Source: Octopus sinensis
Taxonomy: Eukaryota
Direction of reading: 5' to 3'
Assembly: GCF_006345805.1 (NCBI RefSeq)
Contig: NC_043002.1
Location: 57,412,001-57,476,000, forward strand
Length of the DNA: 64,000 nt
Shown here: one piece after another, positions 25,866 through 38,180 of the stretch
Numbering within the stretch: position 1 is the stretch's first letter
How the letters are laid out: the number at the start of each line of letters is the position of its first letter
The notes under the pieces: generated by a model
The model's database searches: none
Told to the model about the DNA's origin: nothing
What the model saw: only the letters and a program-made list of their open reading frames with translations
Position numbers and translations under genes: made by a program

Positions 25866-26058
25866 ATATATATAAGCGTGTGGACAAACGAAAGAAAAAA
25901 GGCTCTCATATTATCATTTAAAACAGCTTGATTCGGCTCTATGCGACTTAAAGTTTCGCAAGCTTCTAATGGAAAGCTCAAATTATGGGATCGGTTATCT
26001 GAGCCCTTATGAGCCAGGTTTATATTAGAAGCCTGCATGGAGTCGAATCAGACAGTTT

Positions 26059-26128
<70 letters not shown>

Positions 26129-26129
<1 letters not shown>

Positions 26130-27450
26130 GGGGACGTTTAAGATGTAAGACACCGGGGACGTTTAAGATGTAAGAAGGAAAATTCAGAGCTCCGAAATCT
26201 ATCCACAAACATCGAAAACAAGGACATCCTATGGAGCCAAAGTTTTACTAACAAAGAATTGGACTGTATCCGAGTAAGTAATACTAATTGAAATTTATTA
26301 CTATTTTCGAAACGAAATGATGTATTTTGACTCGATATCATCTCCGCCTCTAACGCAACACATGTAAACATGCGTGGAACATCACGATCATCTCCGACCC
26401 CAAACACCATGTACAAGGAACTACGAAGAAATTAAATGCCACCGATACTATTCAACCCAAGAATAACAATCGAGCGGTACGTACATTAAACTTACAACAA
26501 AAAATGTACGAAAAACTACACGTGCGAAATAATGTGATAACAGAAATAAACGGACCGGTACCCTACGAAAATGACGACCGTCAAAATAATGGGCCGGACG
26601 TTGTACCTCATGTCTGGACTAAACTAAACGCAAAAGAAATAGACAAAGAAAAATCCCAGCAATGGTTGAGAAGCTCAGGACTCAAAGCAGAAACAGAGGG
26701 ATTTTTAATTGCAGCACAAGATCAAAGCCTCCCCACCAGAAATTACCAAAAACATGTAATGAAAAGAAATATTACAAGTAACTGCAGAATATGTGGAGAT
26801 GGACAAGAAACAATAAATCATATTATCTCTAGCTGCCCAGTCTTGGCTAAGAAGGAATATATTCACAGACATGACAGAGTTGGAACCTACATACATTGGA
26901 AGCTATGCCAACATTATGGAATAACAACAGAAAAAAGATGGTATAGGCACACACCAGAAAAGGTCACAGGAAACGAGAAAGCAATCATACTTTGGGATAT
27001 GCCGATACACACAGATAGAGAAATTAAGGCCAACAGACCAGATATAGTTGTCAGAGATCATGAAGAAAAAAAATGCTTTCTAATTGATGTATCAATACCG
27101 GCTGATGACAACGTGTCTCTAAAAGAAATGGAGAAACTCTCAAAATACAAAGACCTGGAAATAGAGGTATCTAGAATGTGGAATCTGAAAACAGAAACAA
27201 TTCCTATCATAGTAGGTGCATTAGGCATGATAAAAAAATATTCAGACAAATACATAACAAAAACACCAGGACTTACAAACACATATAACATACAGAAAAT
27301 TGCACTACTAGGCACTGCACACATCCTACGCAGAACACTTTCCATACAATAACCATCAGAGCATCACAACAAATCACAGCACATACCCAAGGCACACAGA
27401 GCTGTGCTCGGTAGTGAAGTGAAAGCACGCTATAAAAATAAAACTACTGA
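26129..27450 (+). mobile_element. R4/Dong-clade RLE LINE fragment (copy 3) with open zinc-knuckle + RLE ORF 26504-27352 and 3' UTR
   Basis: WLRSSGLKAETEGFLIAAQDQ, CRICGDGQETINHIISSC, RHD, NRPDIVV, LIDVSIP, EKLSKYKDL, LLGTAHILRR; (TAA)n at 26060-26128 and 27450-27496. Confidence 0.93.
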
Positions 27451-27496
27451 ATAATGATAATAATAATAATAATAATAATGATAATAATAATAATAA

Positions 27497-28050
27497 GCGC
27501 CGCCACGATAAAGTGTGTGTGTATCTTCATTAGCTCTTATGCCATAAATACCAATATGAAGTAACAGAGAACTGGTATGAGCATGTACCAAGTAAAGTTA
27601 TGCTGGAGGATAGAAAAGTAACGATACTCTGGGACTATGATTTTCAGACGGATCGTCTAATCGAACACCGTCGGTCGGATGTTGTCATATTGAATAAGAG
27701 AGACAAATTCTGCCAGATCATTGATGAATCCATACAAAATGACATGATTGTTGCGAGTAAAGAGGCTGAAAAAAAAATCTCCAAGTACTCCGAATTGAAA
27801 GTGGAAATGGCAAGTCTGTATGGAAGGTGAGAGGGTAATATAAAAGTGATACCAGTGGTTATCAGAGCGTTGGGCTCAATCCCATTGAAATTTCTTAAAG
27901 CAACTGGAAATCCCATGCAAGATTGATGTCTTGCAAAATGCAGCCTTATTGGGCACAGCACACATCTTAAAGAAAGTATTATCTGTCTGAGATCCTTGAT
28001 GACTAAAGACTCCGATACATTTTTACCTACACTGTGTTACCTAGGAATAC
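27497..28050 (+). mobile_element. R4/Dong-clade RLE LINE short decayed fragment (copy 4)
   Basis: TILWDYDFQTDRLIEHRRSDVVI, KISKYSELKVE, VIPVVIRALG, AALLGTAHILKKVLS; starts directly after (TAA)n. Confidence 0.82.
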
Positions 28051-28650
28051 TACAACTACTATATATGTATATATGTATGCATGTCCGCGCTACTTTATCT
28101 CTGCTCCCGTCTGGTTATCTCACTGAAGCTTCCAATGAAAATATCTCTCGCGTTTATCGTGTGTTTGGATAAATTGAGTCTTAACTAAATCTCAACTGTC
28201 TGAGACAATGCGATCTGTTATCGATTACCTTACAAACTGTATTTACTGCTAATGTTATACGTAGCTGTGTTTTGTACCGGGTAATTCCTCGCTGATTGGC
28301 ATCGATTTTACCAATATATCACAATCCAATCAGTGTCGTTAACTCAGCTGAGAAGATTTAAAGTAAAACCCACTTTATTAGCATTTGTTTTGTGCAGATA
28401 CATTACACAATACAGCTGACAGAAAACTAGTTTTTTACAGGACGGTTTTTGTAATTTTCTCCGGAATAAATGTCATATTCCTCCAATACATGAATGAGGT
28501 CTTTAACTAGTTTCCTATCGAGTTATTTCTTAAATATCAGATAATTTTTATGTCCTTTAATTGTATTTAGCTCATGATTGTTATTATAAAAAACATCATG
28601 AATCTAACTGGTAATCTGTTCACAAATAAACTCACGTTTTGCTTCTTATG

Positions 28651-28905
28651 TGAGACCATGTGACCTAGCGGTTAGGGTGTTGCATTCCTGATTGCAAGAT
28701 CGTGGCTTCGATTCCTGCAGCAGGATGCGTTTTGTTCTTGAACGAAATACTTCATTTCATGTCAGTCCTGTCTGTTCAGCTGTAAATGAATAATATTTCG
28801 ACGGACTGGCGTTCCGTTCAGGTGCCATGTTATGATCACTGTCGCCTACACCCCACGGAAACCGGGCAACCTACCTTATAATTCCTTAGGACACGAAATG
28901 GTAAT
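28651..28905 (+). mobile_element. tRNA-head SINE with CORE-like central domain
   Basis: TGACCTAGCGGTTAG...GGCTTCGATTCC head; CAGCTGTAAATGA...GACGGACTGGCGTTCCGTTCAGG...GAAACCGG body. Confidence 0.55.
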
Positions 28906-28927
28906 ATTTAGGGACTTTATCATTTGT

Positions 28928-29320
28928 CTTTTACTTGTTTCAGTTGGTAGACTGCGGCCATGCTGGTGCACCACCTTCAAGAATTTTTAGTCGAACGAAT
29001 CGATCCCAGTACGCGTTTTTTGTAAAGCTTGGAACTTACTGCATCGGTCTTTTTTGCCAAAACGCTAAGTTACAGGGACGTAAACACACCGACACCATTT
29101 GTCAAGCGGTGGTGTGCACACAGACACACGAACACAAAGATACAGACAGACATATATGCGACGGGCTTCTTTTAGTTTATGTCTGTCAAATCTACTCACA
29201 AGGCTTTGATCAGTTCGAGGCTACAGTAGATGACACTTGCCCAAGGTGCCTCGCAGTCTTAAGAACCTGGAACTGTATAGTTGGGAAGCAAAGTTCTTAC
29301 CACACAGTCACACCTGCGCC
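28928..29320 (-). mobile_element. SINE family B
   Basis: Full head and tail similarity. Confidence 0.8.
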
Positions 29321-29861
29321 AGAAAGTCTGAATTTAGTTTATGAGGAAGGACCAGCTCTTTGCGGTTATAAATTTGTCTTCAAATATTTTTTCTGCTTCC
29401 TGAAGCTATATGTTTTCTTATACGAATAATAGTTTCTGAAGACAGTGGGTGAAAGTACTAAAAATTCGGTAGCGAATAAATAGATGTTTAAATCTATTGG
29501 GAAAATTCAAAATGAAACATAGGAACGATTGACGGAAAAAGATTTACAAGGAAGTAGGGAAATCCTCTCATTAACCGTGGGAACTCAGACTACAAGCGCA
29601 GTTTCGACGCGTTTAAAGTGCGAAGATTTTCAACTCAAAGGTACAGTTCGACTGGTTGTGCCAGTGATTTAGGAAATATCTCTTGGTTTGTTGTGGATAT
29701 CATAATCTTTGGAGATTAACATTTTGACCAACTCTAAGCTGTTCCTGAAATATGATTAATTCATCTGTTAAGTGAGTGTTAACTGTTCAGAATGATTTTA
29801 CTTTGATTAGAATGATTTATTGATACGTGGTGCTTCTAGTTACTGACTGGTAAGTAATATT

Positions 29862-30820
29862 AGCAGATGCGGACATGGTTGTTTGGTTAAAATGCTCGCT
29901 TTGTAACCATGTGATTTCGGGTTCAGTCACAGTATTTGCTATAGCCCTGGGCCCATGAATGCTTTAGAATGAATTTGGTAGACGGAGACTGTGTGAAAGC
30001 CTGTAGCACATGTGTATGTATGTATGTATGTATGTGTGTGTGTGTGAGTCTGTCTCTCTGTCCACGTTGCAGTTGAAAAGCGTTGTTAGTTTGTTTACGT
30101 TTCTGTGACATAGTGATTTGGTGAAAGACCTCGAAAGAGTATGGGCCAGACTTAAAAAAAAACACGAGTCGATTTGCTTGACTAAAACCCCTCCTCCACA
30201 CCAGTGCCCTATCATGGCTGCAGTCCAATGACTGAAAGAAGCGAAAGATAAGAAAATAAAGGATAACCATTTTATGCATCAAGTTTTATGGTTTAAACTG
30301 TTTTGGTCTTTTCGCTATTTATCGGTCCGATTGTGTTTTATACTTCCGACAATGGCGATTACAATTATCAAACCAAACTTCCCTTTTGCTTCTACAACAC
30401 ATCGATATTCAGTGGCGGAATATTTTTTAGGTGCAGACATGGCTGTGTGGTAAGAAGCTTACTTCGTAACCACACGGTTTTAAGTTCAGTCCCTCTGCGT
30501 GGCACGTTGGGCAAGTATCTTCTACTATAGCCTCGGGCGGCCCAAAACTTTGTATATGGATTTGGTAGACGGAAACTGAAAGAAGCCTGTTGCATATGTG
30601 TGTGTGTGTGTGGTGTGTGTATTTGTGTCTGTATTTCTCCTACCCCCCACCACGTGCCAATGTTGTTGGTGTGTTTATGTCCCCGTGACTTAGTAGTTTG
30701 GTAAAACTTACTGATACAATAAGTACCACCTATTATAAAAAAATATGTACTGGGGTCGATTCAGTCAACAAAAATTCATGGCCGCAGTCTAATGACTGTA
30801 AGAAATAAAAGATAAAAGAT
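29862..30820 (+). mobile_element. Two decayed SINE family B copies (29862-30260, 30430-30820)
   Basis: Heads ...CATGGTTGTTTGG / CATGGCTGTGTGGTAAG and tails GCCGCAGTC...GACTG. Confidence 0.7.
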
Positions 30821-31024
30821 GTGTGGTTGTCTAAGTTGAGAATTTTGATATAACCTCTGAATTTGGATGATGATGTATGGCTATTACTTTCTCTTGAACC
30901 GTTTTCATGTCCCAGCCTTTCAAAGCTTCTAAGAATCCACTGTAGCTAAACTAAAATTCTGTTTTAATTTTATAAATATCCGACATGACCGCAGGCAAAT
31001 GACTGAAACAAGTAAAATAAATGA

Positions 31025-31912
31025 CGAGGTCTGATCAATAAGTATCCGGATTGTTGCTATAGTAACGAAGCTAAAGCACGCAGAGTAAAGCTGTTAAGAA
31101 CAGATTGACCTTGACCTTTGCTGTGCATGCGCACTAAGTTTTAACGTTCTAGCTCACTTCTGTTGCTTACAGCAGTGTTTGGAAGGAAGGCATGTAGTGA
31201 GTGATCGTCGCATTGACCATGACAAAATTGTCATGGTGATACCTGCTGAGAGGCCAACGCAAAGTTGCAAAAAGTGTGTGGAGAGGAAGGTATGAATTGC
31301 ACACAAATGTACGAGTGATTCAGACGTTTCTAAGATGGCCGAAAAAATGTCGATTTTGACGAACGCTCTGGAAGACCCGCAACCAGTAGAACTGAGAAAA
31401 ATATCGCAGATGAGCGTGCAACTGTGACGAGAAATCCTCGACTCACCATCCATGAGTTATCAGAGGATGTGCAGATTATTTACAGTTCAGTTCAGTTCAG
31501 TCCATCATCACTGAAGATTTGGGTATGAGACACGTATCTGCAAAGTTTGTGCTAAAACTGCTTTCAGCTGCCAAAATGAAACTTCAGTTGCACAAGATCT
31601 TCTTGATTGTGTCGAAACAATGAAAGCTTTTTGAAAACTTTGTGTCGGCCTTTGAGCAGGCATCGCCAAGCTTTTGGCAAAATTTAATACAGATTCTCTG
31701 CTAAACTTTTTCTGTCATGGTCAGTGTGATGATCACTCGCTACACACGTTCTTTCCAAGGCCTGCTGTAAACAGCGGAAGTGAGCTAGAACGTTAAAACG
31801 TCGTGCACATGCACAACTGAATTCACTGCCAGACTGTGTCAAGCGGCTTTCCTCTGTGTGCTTTAGGTTCGTTACTATGGCAACAGTCCGGATACTTATT
31901 GATCAGACTACG
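31025..31912 (+). mobile_element. Deleted mariner derivative (irritans-like) with ~210-bp inverted termini
   Basis: CGAGGTCTGATCAATAAGTATCCGGA / TCCGGATACTTATTGATCAGACTACG; decayed N-terminal transposase ERSGRPATSRTEKNI...RLTIHELSEDV...EDLGMRHVSAKFV. Confidence 0.85.
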
Positions 31913-31914
31913 TA

Positions 31915-32010
<96 letters not shown>

Positions 32011-32012
32011 AT

Positions 32013-32089
<77 letters not shown>

Positions 32090-32091
32090 AT

Positions 32092-32134
<43 letters not shown>

Positions 32135-32135
<1 letters not shown>

Positions 32136-32325
32136 TCAAATTTTGGCATAAGGTCAGTAATTTCAGGGGAGGAGATACGTCAATTAAATCGACCCCCGTG
32201 TTCAGCTGGTATTTATTTTATCACACACCAAAATGATGAAAGGCAAAGTTGACCTCGGCAGTATTAGAGCACCGAACATAAAAACGGACGAGATGCTGCT
32301 AAGCATTTTACCCAGTTCGCAGCCA
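32135..32325 (-). mobile_element. SINE family A (degenerate)
   Basis: GATGAAAGGCAAAGTTGACCTCGGC block. Confidence 0.65.
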
Positions 32326-32357
<32 letters not shown>

Positions 32358-32447
32358 AATCCAAACAGGAAACAAAAAAACAACAACAATGGAACAATTA
32401 CAGTATTATTATTAATAGGCGCTCAGGAAATGGAAGCAGGGAGTTAT

Positions 32448-32478
32448 GACGTTTCGAGCGGAGCTCTTCGTCGGAAAC
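32448..32478 (-). ncRNA. Penelope-type minimal hammerhead ribozyme-like motif
   Basis: Minus strand CCGACGA-A-GAGC(TCC)GCTC-GAAAC-GTC: near-consensus core (U4 to C), 4-bp helix II, palindromic ACGT helix III; helix I poor. Confidence 0.45.
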
Positions 32479-33568
32479 ATAAAGAAGGAAGAGAGAGGAA
32501 AGAAAGATCCCAGAGCGGGCAACAGGGATAGAGAAAAAAAACGACTGGTGTTTACGAGTTGCACATGGTGAAAGGCGGATGTTTACGATAACAAGAGCAA
32601 AGTAGGTTTTTAAAGGCAAAAGAGTGGAGACAAGGTTGGTAACGCAACAGATGTGTGTGTATGTGTGAGTGTGTGCGTGTGCGTGTGTGTATGTGTGTGT
32701 GTGAGGCGAGATAAAAAAACAAAAAATATATGTATGTGTTAGTGTGTGCGTCTGTGTGTAGGCGTGTGAGGTAGGGCGAGACAATGGTCAGCTTAGCAGA
32801 CAAGGTCAGTAGTAAGAAAAAGAAGGAAGGAGGAAGGGAGGGAAGGGAAGGGGTGGGGGCGTATGTAGCGTGCCAGCGTGTGTTGAGTAGTAGTGTGTGT
32901 GTGTGTCCAGTGTCGTGGTGGTATTAATGGCGAGTAGATTGAATGTGTGTAAGAGTAATGTATATATTTAAGCAATGTGTGTATATGTGTGCGCGCGTGT
33001 GTAACGAAAAAGGGGGGGTTAAGGAAAAAGGACTCCAGCTGAGGGGAAGATGGAAGAGTGGTCCCGCGGAGACGGGCGTGGGAAAACCCAACGACACGCG
33101 ACGGTCCCAGGAACGGGCGGGAGGTCTCGTCGGGTCCAAGAGCGAGGTGCATGCGGCGCGTATGCGTGCGCGAACCGGCGCAAGAGCGTGTGTGCGCGCG
33201 CCTGCGAGTATGCGCGTAAGTATGTATGTGTGTGGATGTGTGAGTGTGTCTGTGTGTATGTCTGATATATATATATAACTATATTAGATATACTGACATG
33301 CGGGAATAATGCTTATAGATAAATTTGGTAGACTTTGTGGCGCCTCACAGATATTGTTTAATTATTATGTCTTTTTTAATTTTCTCTGTGTTGCATGTTA
33401 GATACAGATTACCACGCGACTGAGAGTTTCATTTGGTAATCTTACTACGCCTGATATAATAGCAATTATATACACCATATTTAGATTCTGATATATCTCT
33501 TATAATTACATCATATACATTCCCTATATTCTTATGTATAGTATTTTTTGTTTTCTCTTCTCGTGAAG

Positions 33569-33607
33569 TTATGATTCAAACTGCGGCATTTTGCTACTTA
33601 TTTGGTG
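33569..33607 (+). CDS. Candidate 39-nt exon (MIQTAAFCYLFG in phase 1), gene unknown
   Basis: TTTTGTTTTCTCTTCTCGTGAAG acceptor, GTG|GTAAGT donor. Confidence 0.3.
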
Positions 33608-34505
33608 GTAAGTAAATATTTTGTGCGGCGAGGTTTTTTTTAATATTTCATGCCATACAAAAATTTCTAGACCCCGAGGCAGCTGTATTGTTCCAGTCAT
33701 TGAAATAATTAAACACTATTGAATATAATATATCTACGTATTTAGTCTGACTGTTTTCTGCGCTTATAACGACTGCTTAGTATAATTAGGAAAACATAAC
33801 CAAATTGAATACATCGATATTGCTAGGTTTTTATAGATCAACAAATTAGCTTTTGTGCATGTATGTTGATAGTAAATTGATACAAAGGACTTGCGGGATT
33901 TTGATGTTGTGGTTTTTATGTACTGGTCATCAAAAAATGATTTGTTCCGTGATCTGCAAAATTGGTTTGCAATGTGTAAGACCTCAAGAATAAACCCAAG
34001 TCCCGGCTCACTTGGATAGGGCAGTAGGTCACCATCAAAGACTTCATCATTATAGAATACCACAAGAGAATGTCAGTACTGTGGAATACATTGATTTCCA
34101 AAATGTTCCGGTTAGTATTAGTATTAGTATTAGTATTAGGGTTAGTGTTAGGGTTCAGATACAATTTACCGAATTACTAAGAATTACTAAGAATTAACGA
34201 AACAACAAGATAAGAGTCTTAGGAATGCAACATGATTGGTCGGTTATTTGCTATGAGGAAATGGAGAATCACACAATACTTAGTGACTGCATACATACAT
34301 ACATACATACATAAATACATACATACATACATACATACATACATACATAAATACATATATACATACATACATAATACATACATACATACATATATACATA
34401 CATACATACATATATACATACATGCATGCATACATACTTACATACGTACATCATAATACATACATACGTTCATATATATGCATATTCATCCATCCATCCA
34501 TCTCC

Positions 34506-34557
<52 letters not shown>

Positions 34558-37504
34558 TTATCTATCTATACACGTATATATATATTTATTCCTATATGTA
34601 TATTTGTATGCATAGTTGTATGCACGTTTGTAAGCGTACATGCATGTGTAAATGTAAATATAGCATCTCCTTCTTTCCCTCCCTCTTCTCTTTCCTGCAC
34701 ACACACGCACGGGCGCGCGCACACGCGCACACACGCATATTTATATAAAATGAAACTCTTTCAGTTTCCGTCTACCAAATCCACTCACAAGGCTTTGGTC
34801 GGCCCAAAGCTATAGTAGAAGACACTTGCCCAACGTGCCACGCAGTGGGACTGAACCCGGAACCATGTAGTTGGTAAGCAAACTACTTTATTTAAAGAAT
34901 TTTTTCCATAAAGGCATGACACAGAGTAGCTTGCGGGCTGGACAAAGACATTGATGAAGTGAATGATGATAAGGATGATATTAATGGGAGAAGACAAAAA
35001 AAGCCCGCCGATCTTTTGCTTCTCTAAAACATTATTCTTTTCTTTTTTTCACAGAAAAAGACAAAATGAGGTAATGAACCTCTTACTTCAGTTTTACATT
35101 TTTTGGACTAATAGTCCATTTAAGAATTGGGGCGTTAAGCCTCTTAAACACAATAGCATGCAATAAATATAATAAACATTATAACGCTTTTCAACCTCTT
35201 GTCATTATTCCTCCCTAACATCGCTTGTACCCGTATACTCCACCATCACCCACGCCTCATTCAAGACAAGGCCTGCAACCGGCCATTTTCAAAAACTTTT
35301 TGCCATGTTTTTAATTGAAAAATAAAAAAGGTCCAAAATAATAGTTCACCAAAAAGGAAAGAGAGAATTCAAAAGGAAACAAAAGGGAAGAAGAAAAAAA
35401 AAAGCAAGCAGTTCAATATAAAAAGTCACAATAGAAGAAGAAAACAATCTGGGCATTCAGGTACCCCAAGCCCTTATGGTACTCGAATTAAAACCTGGAC
35501 AACTCCACTTAAAATACAGCTTTCTAACTTAGTTGTAAAATACACACTATTTACAAACAGCGAACGACTTTTGGTAGCAGGATACGTCACCAAACTATAT
35601 TTCTTACAATGAGAAAAAATGTTCACCTCATTTGAACACTTGAAATACAGTTTTCCAATAATGGTAAATGTTGTTGTAAAAACATACACTGTTAAAAAGT
35701 GAACAATTTTTGGTTGAAGGATACGCCCACCAATCTGTACTTCTCACAATGAGAAAAAAATTTCATTCAATATGAACCATATTGCTGTACCACAAGTAGA
35801 CCAGCATCCTGAATCCAGTGAGGACTCTCTGTTTGTAAAAAATATAAGCACGGACAACGATCCTCACTGGGTCCAAGAGAAAAGACTTACCTTGCAGCAG
35901 CTTCTTTTGGCAGGCTAAACACTGTCGGCTATCTTCTTCAGTGCACAACACAATGACACATGCGCACACTGACAACAAAGACTCATGGGAAGTCTCAAAA
36001 ACACATGGGAAGTATGCAGCCTACTTGATAAGCAAGCTACTTGCCACACATCTACTACTGCGCCTACACACACATACACACACACACACACACACGCACA
36101 CATTTATATAGGATGGACTTCTTTCAGTTTCCGTCTATCAAATCCTCTCACAAGGCTCTGGTCGGCCCAATGCTATAGTAGAAGACACTTGCTCAACATG
36201 CCGCACAGTGGGATTGAAACCGGAACCATGTGGTTGGGAAGCAAACTTCTTACCACAAAGCCACACTTTCACCTACAGATCAAACCTTCAAGTTAATTCC
36301 ACAGAATCTGTATAAGTTATCCCATCTCGGTGTTTTACTCGCATTCTTAGCCTTTTCGTGTATCGGATATTTTTGTTGTCATTTCCTGTCCCTGGATTGC
36401 TAAAACATACTCCTAAAATTGAGAGCGAAAATAAACCAGTTGTTGGTCCAAGATAGAGTACTATGTTTTATATTTGTTATTATCATTGTTTAAATGCATA
36501 ATTCTCTGATATCCAAGTGACTGACTTAAATGTATCATGAGAGAAACACCCAGGTGTCATGACCCGGATGTGACTCGGTCTCCTCCGTGTGTAACAAGAG
36601 CCGAAACATTTGCCTAAGGAGGCTTTCTTCTCTGAAGATCTTCTGTTATTCAGCTCTCTTGAGAGTTTTCTTATCGTGGAGCAATTTACTTTACGACCCA
36701 TCGATGTAATTTCAAGCTAAATCATCATTAGACATCGAAAGCATATGATCCAATATTCAAAGGCTGTTTGAATCGATATTTTGCCTTCTGTCTCCATGGT
36801 TTTCGTTTTAGCAATATGCAATCATTATCATGAGTAATTTAGAAATTCCTTGTGTTATGGATAACTTTCGGCTTTTAATATCAATGACCCGGTTTTCATT
36901 CAGAAATACTAAGGAAATAAAATAGAAAAAATTGGAATGGTTGCTCCGGTTTTCTATGCTACGATCTTTCTGATATTTTCTGACAACATAACCTTGTAGG
37001 ACATTCTGTTGGTAATCAGAAATGCATTTATCCGATAATCCGTTGCACTGGATTGGCATAATAGTTTACATATGTAAAGACATTAGTGCCACCGATTTAT
37101 TTCACGTATAAGGTCTTGAGGATCATATTTACATATGACAGCTATATCTTCTGGCTACGAAATTATTTGACCCATCCCTCACAATCTGTGGTATTTTTGT
37201 GGTCAAATTACGGAAGAGCAGATAACGGAGAGAGATACTGGCGGGTTGTTTCTCCTCGTTTTGCATTCAAGTGTGAATATTTAAACTGAATCAACTGAAT
37301 CAACCTTTTAACATTCGAGAAATTCGTAACGATATGAAAACTCTTCTTAATGTCATTCATTCAAAAAAGGAATCTATGTTTCAGGTTGGTATTTGGGTCT
37401 TGTGTCTCAAATTCTTACTCAAAGGATTTTCTTAGCAAAAATGCTAAGTGACACATACCCCTGGGGTATTTGTATTAACAGAGAGTCTGAGAAATATTTT
37501 TTGC

Positions 37505-38180
37505 AGGCGCATGAGTGGTTGCGTGGTAAGAAGCTTAGGATGGCAGTGAGCTGGTAGAAACGTTAGCGCGCCGGGCGAAATGCTTAGCGGTCTGCCGTTA
37601 CGTTCTGAGTTCAAATTCCGCCGAGGTCGACTTTGCCTTTCATCCTTTCAGGGTCGATTAATTAAGTATCAGTTACGCACTGGGGTCGATGTAATCGACC
37701 TAATCCCTCTGTATGTCCTTGTTTGTGCCCTCTATGTTTAGCCCCTTGTGGGCAATAAAGAAATAAAAAAGAAATAACAAATAACAAATAAGAAGCTTGC
37801 TTCCCAACCACATGGTTCCAGGTTCACCCCCACTGCGTGGCACCTTGGGCAAGTGTTTTCTGCTATAGCCTCGGGCCGACCAAAGCCTTGTGAATGGATT
37901 TAGTAGACGGAAACTGAAAAAAAAAACACCTCGTATGTATATATATATATATATGCATGTATTCGCGTGTCTGTCTTTGTGCTCCCCCCATCGCATAAAA
38001 CCGCCCGATGTTGGTGGGTTTATGTTCCCGTAACCCAGCGGTTCGGGAAAAGAAACCGATAAAATAAGTACTAAAATAAGATTACAAAGAATAAGTCCTG
38101 GAGTCGATTTATTCGACTAAAGTTGGTGCTCCAGCATGGTCACAATCAAAGACTGAAACAAGTAAAAGAATAAAAGAATA
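37505..38180 (+). mobile_element. SINE family B interrupted by a family A copy (37537-37789) with AAGAAGCTT target-site duplication
   Basis: AAGAAGCTT at 37528-37536 and 37790-37798 flanks the family A copy; family B continues collinearly. Confidence 0.85.

Noticed and set aside
35810-35878. Pre-miRNA-like hairpin (ATCCAGTGAGGA / TCCTCACTGGGT) and an adjacent minus-strand donor
   Set aside because: Only ~12 contiguous pairs; no recognisable mature miRNA; cannot be supported without small-RNA data
36300-37500. Protein-like short ORFs on both strands in unique sequence
   Set aside because: No recognisable motif, no consistent splice chain, stops in all frames
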